Source: Trichodelitschia bisporula (lineage: Eukaryota). Taken from it: a DNA stretch of 64,000 bases. Below, piece by piece: positions 46,933 through 59,641 of the stretch. Position 1 is the stretch's first letter; every line of letters starts with the position of its first letter. Location of the stretch: positions 374,364-438,363 of the forward strand of contig ML996696.1 of the NCBI GenBank assembly GCA_010356995.1. The letters run 5' to 3'. The position numbers were made by a program, and so were the translations under genes. The notes beneath the pieces were generated by a model. That model was not told the origin of the DNA. It did no database searches and saw only the letters and a program-made list of their open reading frames with translations.

Positions 46933-48894
46933 ATGGCCTCTCTATGTGAGTATAGACTCACATACCCCCCTACTACAAACTAACCGAAGCCAGCGACCGC
47001 AATCCTCTCTCTGCGGCGTGACCGCCGCATCCTCAAGCTCCCCCCATACCTCTCCGTCGTCCTCATAGTCGTCGGCGTAGTCTGGCTCTTCATGCTCCCC
47101 CTAAACGAATACTCACGCCAAACCTACGTCTCCGAAAACGCGCTGCTGCCAGGCCAGGTGCACACCTACTTCGGCGGCAGCGAGCACAACGTCTTCCGCG
47201 CCTATCGGCAGGAAGTAGCCGCCCTCGCGGAGGCACCCGTCGACGAGCGCGTCCAGCGCCTCGAGGAGATTTTCAGGTCGTCGGGACTCAAGGTCGCGAC
47301 GCAGAGTTTCGAGTACAAGGCTGCGGGGACGACGGTCCAGGGGAAGAATGTGTATGCCCTGCTGCAGGGCCCGAGGGCGGACGCGACGGAGGCGATTGTA
47401 CTCATCGGCGCATGGCGCAACATGGACAATGTGCTGAACCAGTCTGGCGTCGCCCTCGTCCTCACGCTGGCGCGGTATTTCAAGCGCTGGTCCCTCTGGT
47501 CCAAGGACATCATCTTCGTGATCACGGAAGACAGCGTCGCCGGCCCGCAAGCCTGGGTCGACGCCTACCATGACTCGCACGACCCTCAATTCGTCTCCTC
47601 ACTTCCCATCAAGAGCGGCGCGCTGCAAGGCGCCGTCGCGCTCGATTATCCCGCTGGAATATGGGGGCACCGGTTCGACAAGCTGCACGTCGTGTATGAT
47701 GGGATTAACGGGCAGCTGCCGAATCTGGATCTGTTCAATACGGCGGTTAGCATTGCGAGTGGGCAGATGGGCATTGGGTGCACGCTGCAGCGCATGTGGG
47801 ACCACAACGACTCGTACAAAGAGCGGCTACAGACTATGCTGCGCGGGATGCTGAACCAAGGCCTCGGGCATGCGACGGGACCGCATAGCGGCTTCATCCC
47901 TTACCATGTGGATGCTATCACGCTCCAGACCGTGGGCGACGGCTGGCATGACGAAATGAGCCTCGGGCGCACGGTCGAGGGCCTGTTCCGCAGTTTGAAT
48001 AACCTCCTCGAGCACCTGCACCAGAGCTTCTTCCTTTACCTGCTGCTGCACGCCAATCGCTTCGTCAGCATCGGGACGTACCTACCTAGCGCGATGTTGA
48101 TCGCTGGCAGCTTCACCGTCATGTCGATTGCGCTGTGGATCAAGAGCGGGCGTCCACCGACCAACTCCGACGCACCATCATCAGAAAAGGCCCCCAAACC
48201 CTCCCAACCCACCAAAAGCTCAAAACTCAAGAACCAGACCTTTACCGCGGTGAAATCCGGCTCCGCAACAGTCCTAATCCCAGACGCCCTCCTCACCATC
48301 ACAGAACGCCACATGTTCTTCCCCCTCGCTAGCCTAACCGCCATCTCCTTCCTCGGCCTCGTCCCCTTCTACCTCTTCAACCGCACCCCGCTCCCCCTCC
48401 TCGCCCCCGCCTACCAAATCTTCACCATCGCCACCCTCCCCGCGCCGCACATCCTCGCCTTCCTCACACCCCGCTTACTCCACCGCCGCCCCACGTCGCA
48501 GGAACTGACCCTGCTGCACTGTTTCTCCCTGTTGTTGCTCGGGATGTACCTCTCGGCCCTCGCAACCCTGAATTTCAGTCTGAGCACGCTGATCGGTGTG
48601 CTGAGCACGCCGTTTAGCTTCATACCCTCGGCCCGCGCGCCCGGCGCTACTCTTTCGCGGAGAGAGAAGGCGCGCGCCCTGGTCTGGAGCGTGCTCATCG
48701 CATTGCTGAGTCCGACGAACGTTATTTGGGCGGCGACGGTGGCGTTGGAGGTAGATGGCGGGCTGGGGGAGGTGCTCCGGCGGGCGAGTTTTGGGTGGTG
48801 GGTGAATGGGTTGTGGACTAGTGTTGTTGTGTGGCTGATTTGGTGGCCGGCGTGGTTTGTGGCGAGTTTCATTGTTGGGTCTGGGATATGGTGA
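46933..48894 (+). CDS. GAA1: GPI transamidase subunit Gaa1/GPAA1
   Basis: Exon 46933-46945, intron 46946-46993. RQTYVSENALLPGQ, PRADATEAIVL, WSLWSKDII, NGQLPNLDL, RSLNNLLEHLHQSFF; multiple TM segments. Confidence 0.95.
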
Positions 48895-49092
48895 TAGGAT
48901 GGTTTGGACCGGGTGGGATTTCTGATGTTGTGGTGTTGGGTATGGAGGTTAGTTCTGCATCGCATATGCTATTGGCGCTAGGGAGGGAGGGTATGGAGCA
49001 ATAGACGGCATGGCTAAGGTCTTTTCTATAGCTGTAGACATAGTTCAGGCCCTTGATACGCCTAATCCGGTACACCAGTTCGTTATCCCCAT

Positions 49093-50351
49093 CTACGCAG
49101 CCCACATGTCCCCCCCCACATGCTCGATCCAGTTCCCGAGCTGATTGACGTTGCTATCCCACTCCTTGAGTCGCACCTTCATGCTCTCAATCTGCTTCAT
49201 ATCCAGCACCTTGGGCTGCACCCAGTTAATCTTCGCCACCTGCGCCACCTGATCGATCGTCCCCTTGAGCAGGCCCAGACTCAGAGCCTTCATGATGAGG
49301 TGCTCGATCTGATCCGGCTTGACCTTGGTCTCGACACCGATATCCACAAACCGCATCGTGCGGTCGTGGGGCGGGCGGCGGAACACCGCTTCCGTCAGGG
49401 CCGCGAGGCAGATCTTCTGGTGCAGGAAGGGCCGGGCCTCGGCCAGCATCTTGAAGGACTTGAGGTTACCCGACAGCGCATCCCAGGCGACTAGGTCGCC
49501 GCGGTTGAAGGCGAAGAGCAGGTCGCGCAGCCAGGCGACCTCGGTGTTCACCAGGGCGTCGAGAATGGGGTGCAGGAGCAGCTCGCCGAAGTTGTAGATC
49601 GTTTCCGCGAGGAGGGCCGCCACGGCCAGGTCCATGGCGCGTTCGGTGCGGTCTTCGAGCGGGAGCGAGGGGACGTCGACGCAGGCGAGGTAGAGGAGGC
49701 AGTTGCGGTAGTAGGCGGCGTAGTCGAATTTGATCTGCTAGGACGTTAGATCCGTGTTCAATAGCGGGGAGGGGGAAGCAGAGGGCAGGCCGGACCTTGT
49801 AGTAGTCGGCGTTGTTCTTGTAGAACGCCGCGTGCACCTTGCTCTCCACCGTGTCGAACGTGTCCAGTATGCGCTGGCAGGCATCGAGGATTTCGCGCGC
49901 CTTCCCGAACTCCCGCTGCTTCATGTACAAGCTCGCGACGGCGACGCGGGCGTAGACGTAGGCATCCTGTGAGTCCGGGCCGTCGACCTTCTTGGCCAGC
50001 GCCTCCTCCATCTCCAGCTGCACCTGCATGTCTAACGGGGCCGTCAGCAAGCTTTCAGCGCGGCGGCCTCAGCAGTATCTAACCTTTGCATTGCTCCGCC
50101 GCTTTCAACCCCAGCGTCACGAGATTCAGCGTGTTGATCTTGTCGGCGAAGGACTTGATGAACGTGTTGTAGAGGACCAGGCGCTGGGGTTTGCTCTCTG
50201 GCCGCTCGAAGTATTTGATCAGCGTGGTTGTCAGCTCGTGCCATAGTTTCCGCTCCCAGTAGTCTTCCATCTGTAGGAAGTACTCCTGGACTTCATCGGG
50301 GGCATCGCCTCGCAGCTCCTCGAGCTTGTCCGGTATCGTGTCCCAATCCAT
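49093..50351 (-). CDS. RPN9: 26S proteasome lid subunit Rpn9 (PCI domain)
   Basis: Three exons. YWERKLWHELT, ALLAETIYNFGELLLHPIL, IMKALSLGLLKGTIDQV..WVQPKVL. Confidence 0.95.
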
Positions 50352-50694
50352 GGTGGCGGTGTGGGGTCGGGAGTATCGTGGTTCGAATGGGAGAAAAAGC
50401 ACAGAGGAGTCCGTTCGTCAAAGGAGCAAGCAAAAATGTGCGAGATGATGGGGTGCAGCAGTCAGAGGGTTGGCCGTTAATGTTGTTCGTAGCATCAGCA
50501 ACGGCGATGTTCTGGGAGCTCTGGCCTGCGCGCGGCTCCGCATCGGAGCTTCGGCGAAAGTATTCCTCCAAGACCCTCACGTCAACCGCGCCCACCCATC
50601 CCATCCCGACAGCACCAGCCCAGCAGCTGCACAAGCTCCCCCAAGCTTCACCCCCCACCACCAGCACCCCTCGTCGCCATTGACGCGCCCGGCA

Positions 50695-52133
50695 ATGTCT
50701 TTGCAGCGTCATTGCCCTCGCTCTGCGGCCGGCCTGGCTCGAGGCCTTGCGCCTGCGCCTCGGTCGTCCAGCGTTGTTACCGTCCAGCGCCGCTTCGTGC
50801 AGGATGTTCAGATCACGAGGACGGGGAAGCCGATTATCTCGATTCAAGGCGGACGGTAAGCGCGCATCTTGTTTGGGGGAATGTAGCTGACGTGGGTGGC
50901 AGTTCATCCCTGGGAGGTGCGATTGATACGGCTTTGGCGCGACGAGGGAACTGACGAGCAAAGGCCACACTGCGACTGTCTTCGGCGCAACTGGCTTCCT
51001 CGGCCGGTATATCGTCAATCGGCTTGGTACGCTTTGTCTGCAGGAGAGGTTCTGGACTGACAATTGTAGCCCGCGCGGGTAACACCGTTGTCGTGCCGTA
51101 CCGCGAGGAAATGACGAAGCGCCACCTTAAGATCTCGGGTGATCTGGGCCGGGTGATCTTCATCGTCAGTATAGCCGGGTGATGCAGAGCATGTCTAAAT
51201 CTGGCAGGAAATGGACCTGCGGAACAAGGCGTCTATTGAAGAGAGCGTCCGGCACTCCGACATCGTCTACAACCTGATCGGGCGCAACTACCCCACCAAG
51301 TATGTCGCCCTATGAAGTCTATGGCCAAATACTTATTACTCTAGGAACTTCGACCTCGACGACGTGCACGTGTGGGGCGCCGAGCGCATCGCCGAAGCCG
51401 TAGCAAAGTACGACGTCGACCGCTTCGTGCACGTCTCCTCCTTCAACGCAAACAAGCACTCGCCCTCCGAGTTCTACCGCACCAAGGGCCTCGGCGAAGA
51501 AGCCGTCCGCCGCATCTTCCCGGAAACAACCATCGTGCGCCCAGCGCCGCTCTTCGGTTACGAGGATAAGCTGCTGAACACGCTCGCTGGCGTCAGCAAC
51601 CTCTTTACGTCGAACGGTATGCAGCAGCGCTTCTGGCCCGTCCACGCCATCGACGTGGGCATGGCGCTCGAAAAGATGTGTTACGACGACAGCACGGCCG
51701 AGCAGACGTACGAGTTATACGGCCCGACGAACTACAGCATGGCCGATATCGCTGCGCTCGTGGATAAGGAAATCGTCAAGCACCGCCGCCACATCAACCT
51801 GCCGAAGAAGCTGCGTCAGCCTGTGCTTGAGCTCATGAACCGTCTCCTCTGGTGGCCTGTTGGCTCGGCGGACGAGGTCGAGCGCGAGTTCATCGATCAG
51901 GTTATTGATCCTAGTGCTAAGACGTTTGCGGATTTGGGTATTGAGCCGGCGGAGCTTAAGAGCTTGACTTACCAGTACCTTGTGCGTCTTCCCCCCCCCC
52001 CGATTGATGATTTGGATGAAGCTGACAAGTGTAGCTTCCGTACCGCAGCGCCGCCTACTACGATCTGCCACCACAGACGGAGAGGGAAAAGCGCGAGGAG
52101 CGCAAGTACCTCCATGTCATAGACGACCAATGA
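50695..52133 (+). CDS. NDUFA9: Complex I 39/40-kDa subunit (NDUFA9 / nuo-40)
   Basis: Seven exons. Presequence, [36 protein letters not shown]-like IVYNLIGRNYPTKNF, TIVRPAPLFGYED; ends YLHVIDDQ*. Confidence 0.95.
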
Positions 52134-52574
52134 TTTTTGCTACATGTATGCCTAGAGAGGACGTGCTGGGATGTGTAAATAGCGCTAGTACGTTCTACCT
52201 GCGGTCTTGGAGGCCAGTCTGAAAGCCGTTCTTTTGCGATGTGCGAACGTGCATGCTGAAATGGGTGTGTCATGTCTACTGAGCTGGAGTGTAGGAGCAA
52301 GACGACGACACGGATAACACGATCGTGCAAGTGGAGCCAGAACCGCGCGTTCAAAAGAGAATCCAGCCTAGGTAAGTCATTTACATGCTCACCAGCCATC
52401 CAGACCTAGACACGTATTTTCGATCCCACGACACGAGCAGCCCGTCCCAGAAGCAACGAAGAAGGAAACCCAGTCATAAGGACACCAAGCAGCCAAAGGA
52501 ACCCAAAGGAACTACGCCTCCCACTACCGTCCCCCTGTGCACCCAACGCCCCTCTCCATCTTACTCACCCCGGG

Positions 52575-55373
52575 CTAAACCGTCGTATGCGGCGGAAAAT
52601 GGTTTGAAAACTGATAATCGGGCAAATGCATATTCCCCAGACTAACATCCGGCGGAAACAGCTTATCCCACTCATTCTGTTTTCATCAGCATCTCCCCAC
52701 AAACCCATCCACACTCCACTCACCCAATCAATATCAAGCATCTGCTCCCCCGCACTCGCACAACTCCCCACACTCGCCCCCCTCGCCCCCCTCCCCTGGC
52801 CCCCGCCCGCCGCCGCCGCCTGCCGCACCTCCCTAGCAACCCCGATAGGCACCACCCCCGCATGCGGCGGCGCGTAGAACACTTGATCTGCGACGCTCGG
52901 GTCGATCGCTTTGTACTCCATCTGCGTCGGGATGGGGCCTATGCCCGGCATTGACACAGCGGCGGTGACGCCCGCGCCTATCGCGGAACTAGTCACCACA
53001 TCCGGGTGTCCGAAGTCCATGGGGTCGTGGGTAGGGGGCGCGGCGGGTTCGGGTTCGGGGGCGGGTGTGGGGTTCGTGTACTGCGGCGGTCCGCCCATGG
53101 TTTCCTCGATAGACTTGGGGGCGCGGACACGGCGCAGCGAGTGGAAGGTTTCGGTCTTTGTGATGATCTCCTGGAGCACGAGATGCCCCTTTTCCTTTCG
53201 GGAGAGATGGGGTGGCAGTTCGAAGACGTAGTCAAGGCACTTCCAGATGCGGTCTTCGTGGTAGCGGATGTCGGTGGCGTAGAGCTCGGTGAGGAGGAGG
53301 AGGGTTGTGTGGTATTGGTGGATTGCGCCTGGAGGTTAGGGGTTAGTAGGGAGGGGGGTGGGAGGGGGGAGGGGGCGCACCGCAGTACCACGCCCACTGC
53401 CTCAGCACCGGCGCCGTCTCGATCGTAATCGCCGCCTCGACCTGCGTCACGCCGCTCGTGAGCAGAATCTTGCGCAGCCGCTCCGGCATCTTGCGATTGT
53501 GGTTCGTGGCATACCGATGCAGGACCATGACATGCAGCCGCAGACTCAAAATCCTAAACACCAGGAAACCCATATAATGAATCGGCCGCTCCATGTCCAT
53601 CATCGGCAAAAACCTCTTCTCACTCTCCGTCACAAACTCCTGCACGCGGCCCAATATAACCGTAAGCGCCGTCTTCTTCTTCTCCAACCGCGCGCGCTCA
53701 TTCCACACAAACCGGTGCATCTCGTTGCACTCGAAGCGTATCCGCGACAGCGTCATGTCCGTCCAGTGCGGCGCGTCTTCCGTTGGTGGCGAGGGGAGTT
53801 CGAGGGCCGTGTCGTCGACGTTGAGCGGGAAGCGCGTGTCGAAGTCTTCTTTGTGGATTTGGGGCCTCGGACCTGTCGCTTCGCAGGTGCGGATGTCGAG
53901 GTAGCACAGCTGGTACCACACCATGCGCCGCACGTGGACTTCGACGGCGGAGAGACCGTAGTGTGTTCCGTCGCGGTGGAGGCCCATGCATTCGGCCAGC
54001 CGGATGGCGGTGCCCGTGAGGACGGAGTGGGCGCGCGAAACTTCGCGGCGACACAGAGGAATCTGGAGGCATCATCAGCATCATCAGCATGCCAACCCTA
54101 CAGAAAGCAACCCCGACTCACAAGATACAGCACAAAAGCCTGCAACGTCTGCAGTTTCGTCGTCCTGAGAAAATTCGCCTTATACAACGCCGTCTCCGCG
54201 CCCTGCCGAAAATTCTCAAGCAATTCCCCCCTACTCACCCCATACCCCATCGTCACGCTCTCCTCGCTCATACTCACCACCGCCGCAAACATAGCCGCTA
54301 GCACGAGGGCCTGTAGACTGGCGGGAGGCTCGACACCCGCCTCCACCTTTTCCCAGAACGCGACGTATTGCCGCTCAAAGCTGGGCCGGTGCAGGATCCG
54401 CGCGATGAGATGCACGACCGACCAGTACTGCGCCATAAGACGGTCGGCGATGTCGCGCGCGGGGAGGAATTCCATGATGCTGACGCGGCGGGGTTGGGGC
54501 GCGAAGAAGAACGATGATGAGGGCGCGATGTATTCCGCCCCTGGGCCCGGTGGCGAGCCCGGCGAGCGTGCGGGCGGGCTGGTGTTGCTGCTAGCCGGGC
54601 CCATAGAGACGAAGCCGGGGAATTTGTTCATGACGTGGGTGATCTGGACTCGGTTAATAGGGGAGGAAGCGGCGAGGGAGTAGGGTGCCCACTTCGGCGT
54701 TAAACTTCGGCCTCACCATCCCGCCAACCCGCTCGTTAATCCGCATCTTCCCAATCTGCACGCCCAAATCCACGATATCGTCATCCGCATCATCATAATA
54801 AGCGGCATCTTGGAGCGCCAGCGGCGTCGGCTCGAGATCGCGCTCATCCTCCGCCACACCTTCCTCTTCCCCGCTCTCCTCCTCCCCCATCCCTTCCTCT
54901 CCCCCTCCACCACTTCCCCGACCCGCCTCCCGTCCTCGCCTCGCAACGTCATCTTCGAGAGTTCGTTCCAGGGAGCCCATCTTCTCCTTAATCTCGGCGA
55001 GCTTCTGCGCGGCAATTGGATCAAGCGCAGGCGCGAGGAACACGCAGTCGCGCACGAACTTGGTGCAGTTGCTGCAAGGATGCGATTTGTCGCATTTGAG
55101 CTTGCGGCGGCGGCACTCCAGACACGAAGTAATCAATCGGTTGCGGCGGCGGATCTTTGGGGCCGGAGGAGAGGGCGTTGGGTTGGAACTGCTGGGGCCA
55201 TGGCCGGAAAGGGCGTATGTGGGCGTGTAGGCGCTGGCGTAGGGGTCTTGCTGTTGTACATGCTGGTGGTGGTGCTGATGTTGGTACTGAGGATGCTCCG
55301 AGGGCGTCCGGGAACTGGGCGGGGCCGAAGGGCCGCCCATTTGCTGGTGGGTGGATTGGAGGCCGGAGTCCAT
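52575..55373 (-). CDS. Zn(II)2Cys6 transcription factor with fungal-specific TF (middle homology) domain
   Basis: SCLECRRRKLKCDKSHPCSNCTKFVRDC; AIRLAECMGLHRDG..RRMVWYQLCYLDIRT..PLNVDD; spliced end IDW|NEWDKLFPP..HTTV*. About 5 exons. Confidence 0.93.
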
Positions 55374-56224
55374 GCCGGTGATGGGCCGAGGGGAGGCTTA
55401 CGGGCGTAAGGGCTGGGTTAGATAGATATGCTGGTGGTAAGAAGCGGCGGGGCAGCTTGGAATATCCAAAGAGGGTCGAGGCTGGTAGAACACGAGATGG
55501 CCTTTGGAACTTGAGGGATCTGGAAGAGAATTTTTGGTGGATTGGTGGTGGGATGGTTCGAGATATTGTAGTAGGCGCTTGATCATGCCTCGACACCCGG
55601 ATTGGATGTATGGCTGTTCGGGCAGGGCCTTGGCGCGTCAGACGGAGGGAGTGGTTTAAAGCAATAGGCAGGGGAGATTACCTTCAAGGGCTTGCCTGGG
55701 GTAAGAAGGACTTTGGCGAAAGGATGGTGCTATTGAATATCTCTCCGAGCGATCAGCGATGGGGAGTTGCACAGCGGAACGTTGGGGGAAGCTTGTTGCC
55801 GGGAAGTTGCGATATTGGGAAGGGTGATGGAAGAGATAGAGATGAACAGCCGATTGATTTAAAGGCTAACAAGAAGGGTCTAAGCCAATGCAAGAGTGGG
55901 CAAGGCTGTGCTAGGGTGACGATGAGATGAGATGGAGGGTTGTTGGAGCGGGAACGGGTGAAGATGGTGAACCGATCTCAAACACTGTCGGCGATTTTAT
56001 TTGATTTCTTCATTTGCAAAAGCCGAATGCGTACCAGGAGGCCAGTTAAGGGCGAGGGTTGGAGTGTTTGGGGGGCAGATGATGGAGGTGATGTGTGAGA
56101 TGTGATGGGCTGGGAGTCGGGAGAGAGGGTCAGTTGGACGCGAGAAGCCGAGTAACAGAGTAGGCGGAATTAGACGCCAATGGTCAGGACAGTGTTTAGG
56201 GCTCAACTACCGACTAGGACTACC

Positions 56225-56289
56225 AGATAGACACATCAGACAGACACATCAGACAGACACATCAGATAGACACATCAGATAGATACATT
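56225..56289. repeat. 13-bp minisatellite (AGA[C/T]AGACACATC)x5
   Basis: Read directly; last unit degenerate. Confidence 0.9.
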
Positions 56290-59200
56290 GGACCACAAAG
56301 CCTTAGACTGCAATAACAACACTACTCTGCACTATCCGCATCTCGGCTCTTCCCTTTACAATTCCCTGCATCTGGGCCCCATGTCGTTTCACAGTCTCAC
56401 GGTGTGTATTGGGAAAGGGATGGGGGTGGAGAATGGAAAGTGGAGGTTCAAAGAAAAGAAAGCCGTAAGTTGCCCATATTGGCAATTGATTGCTGATCAT
56501 TGGCGAATGGTGGCATCGGGATGTCCTCCTATTGTATGATCCATGGCTGATCATGGCCCATGGCTAAAATGAACTCACATTACACACTCCTCGCTGTCGG
56601 GTCTGTCACTCAACGCTCCTGCATAATTGATCCTGGAGAAATGGCACGAACTGGCATGTTGCTTGCAGTCTTTCTAGTTGTTCAACTGCAGTCTGCTTTA
56701 CTGTGCTTGTTCATTATGCTACCTTGCCATCACGCACATGCTATGTCACCGCAAGGCTGTAAAGTAACACCCTCAAAGCCTTTACCGCGGCACTCCGGCG
56801 GCCTTGTTACCCTCATGCAAGCACCCGACGCCTCGCAAATCATGTCGCCTAGATCCATTCCATGCATGCCATATATGCACCCACCCATCAGCACGCCCAA
56901 TGTTTGTCCTGCATCTATTCCCCAGCGGCAAGCAAACCGGCGATCCGGGGCCGAACCAACCCCTCCAGACCGGGAACCCCTCACCTGCAACAATGCAACA
57001 ATGCAAAGCATCGCAACGGCAGTTCACATGCAACATCAACAACAACGACGATGCCGAAAAATATGCAGTGCTGGCAACGGTATGGTGTCGCATGAAACCA
57101 CCTCCGAGGTACGGCGCCTGCCGTGTCGAACACGTGCAGTTTCAGGCTCATGAACCTGCAGCTCCAGCACGCTAACACCGAGCCTACCACGTCCATCTAC
57201 ACTTTACCCATCCCCAAACCTACCGCTCACATACAATGCATGTCTCCACACACTTCTCCACGCACTAACCCCCCCCTCCCTGGGACGATCCCCATCCCGC
57301 CCACAAGGTCTGATCCACCCCGCAATACAATCAGATATTGCAGCCAGCAAGCAAAGTTCGGCAAATGGCGCCCGCTCCAGTCCCGCGCCTAGTCCATGGA
57401 CTCTCCCGCTGCGCGCACGGGACCTACCGCATTCCACACGCCATTCCGCCCACGGGAGCATCCGTACCGCCGCGCGGATGTCACTACACGCGTGGCTACA
57501 ACGCGCGGCTGCTACGGTGCCGGGCGCCGGGCGCCGGGGTGGGAGCGGGAGCGGAAGGAGCCGACAAAGCGTGGAAGTGACATCGCGGAAAGTCCTCGCG
57601 TGCCGGCGTGGAAGGCGCGCCTGAGCCCCGCGGTACAGAGATGAATTGCAGCCGCACGCTGGCAGGAGATCGTGTGCCATGGGCCTGCCCCTTCAATCTG
57701 AGAGCCAGGTGCGCGATTCCTTGCTACATTGCGTCGACGTGCAGGGCGGGGAAGTTGGGCGGTAGTGGCTCGGTAGTTGGCCGTTCGCACCAGCCGGCGC
57801 ACAAGCGCGCCTGCCTGCCCGCCCATCTGCGTGACATTTTGCGGGGAAGGGGTGGGGCTTGATGCCACCAGCTCTGCCCAACGGTGGGACGGACCTTCCC
57901 ATCGTATCTTGCCACGCGGCATGATGGCGCAACGATGGCGAGATGCCAATACCGCTATCGCCAAATGCAAATAACGTGCCCCCCCAAGACCCAGCCATCC
58001 CCATCCAGCAGGCCCATCCCCGCGACGCACCGCATGGCCATCATTCAACCCGATGTGCCAACGCGGATAGCCAGATCGCCTGCCGCGGCTCATCGTCTGT
58101 TCCTAGCAGCAGCACTGGAGAAACAGAGCACATGCAATCCGCCTCGCATCGCGGCCGCTTATCCGCCTCGGCATCGTCGCCCCCGTTCCATCACCGGCCC
58201 CCGTTCACATACATGCCCGGACTGTATAGCCCAAACCGCTTCATCCCACCGCTGTGATGCGTTATGTTTCCGAGACGGTGAGGATGAAGTGCTCGCGCGT
58301 CGTGATGCAAAGTGTTACGTCCGCAAGCCGATTGTAGATGCCGTCTGGGGGTGCAGGACGGGTACGGGCGTAAAAGCGGCATTGTTTCTGTGCAGATGGA
58401 AACGCTACGGGGCAGGTCGGGAGACGGGTAAAGTGCTGTATCCGAGATTCGCGAGCGGCGATGAAGCCAGATGGGTGTTGGGCGAGGGTGCCCTGAGGGA
58501 GGGCGGTGAAGCGATGCTGCGTTTCTTTCTTTCCTCGGTGGCAGGTTGAGAAAGACGGAGCGACGGCGGTGGTTCGGACGTCCAGTCCAGGCTGCACAGT
58601 ACCACTCGTGCCGTAAGGCCTGCCCCAACCACCTTTTGCCAGAGTGTTCAAGGCTCAGGCCCGGGCCCGGATCGGCATCTACCGAAACCCAGCCTAGTGA
58701 CGTTAAGTGCTGGCCGCGCATCGGCTAATTTCGGTTCGGGACCCCGATCCGGGTGGGTTGGCCGTGAAACGAGTGCGGATTCCGCAGAGCCCGTGGGAGT
58801 CGGGCCGTGGAATTGCTGCCGCGTCGCTTTATGTAGAGGTTCGGGTTTTGGGGCGACCGAGCGGTAGATCCTCCGTCGGCAATCGATCGAGTTTCTGTTG
58901 TTGTTAGCTTCCTGTTTCGCTGTTGGCGTTTATGTGAGAGGGAGCGTTACTCATCTCATCCTCTGACCAAGTCGGAACAACCTCCCATGATCACCACCAC
59001 TCGCATTTAACACCAACATCCGTATCTCCCGTATCTCGCGACAAAACCCCACAAAGATCCCCTCTCTTCCAACCCCACACTGGGAGAGAGCGTCCTTGAT
59101 AAAACCCCCCACTCAAACCTCAGGGCACACCGCACTCGTTCTCTAGTTAGTCCCGAAGCGGCAGACCTTCCGACTCCATCGCTTACCCGGATCGCTGACC

Positions 59201-59641
59201 ATTCGGATGGCTGCTCGAATGGCCGGCAGGCGGGCGGGTGTTTGATCGTCCCGGTAGGCGCGGCTCTTTTTTCCGTGGAGAGGGAGATGTGAGGCCGGGG
59301 TGTGCTGTTGAAAGAAATCGAGGCTGGCAGATGACGTGCATATGCACCTTGCTCAGTCCTAAATTAGCCACATGGCGAATCACCAAGTGAAATCGCCGCC
59401 ACCGGCATCATTCTATATACACAGTTGCAACACTCCCACCAAGGAAAACCGCGCAGTCCCCTCGAGTGTAAAACGTAGATATCAACCGCCCACCAGCCCA
59501 GGCCAATCTGACAATGCACTTAAGTCCCCCGATGCTCGCGATCCAAGCAAAGAAACGCCTCCTGAAATGCCTAGCAACACGCCTCGCTCCAGGTCGCACC
59601 AAAAAGCATCACAGCAAGTGCTACTATCTCAACTCCCTCAC

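Noticed and set aside
53358..54683. 441-aa plus-strand ORF
   Set aside because: Antisense to the Zn2Cys6 TF; GC-rich shadow frame.
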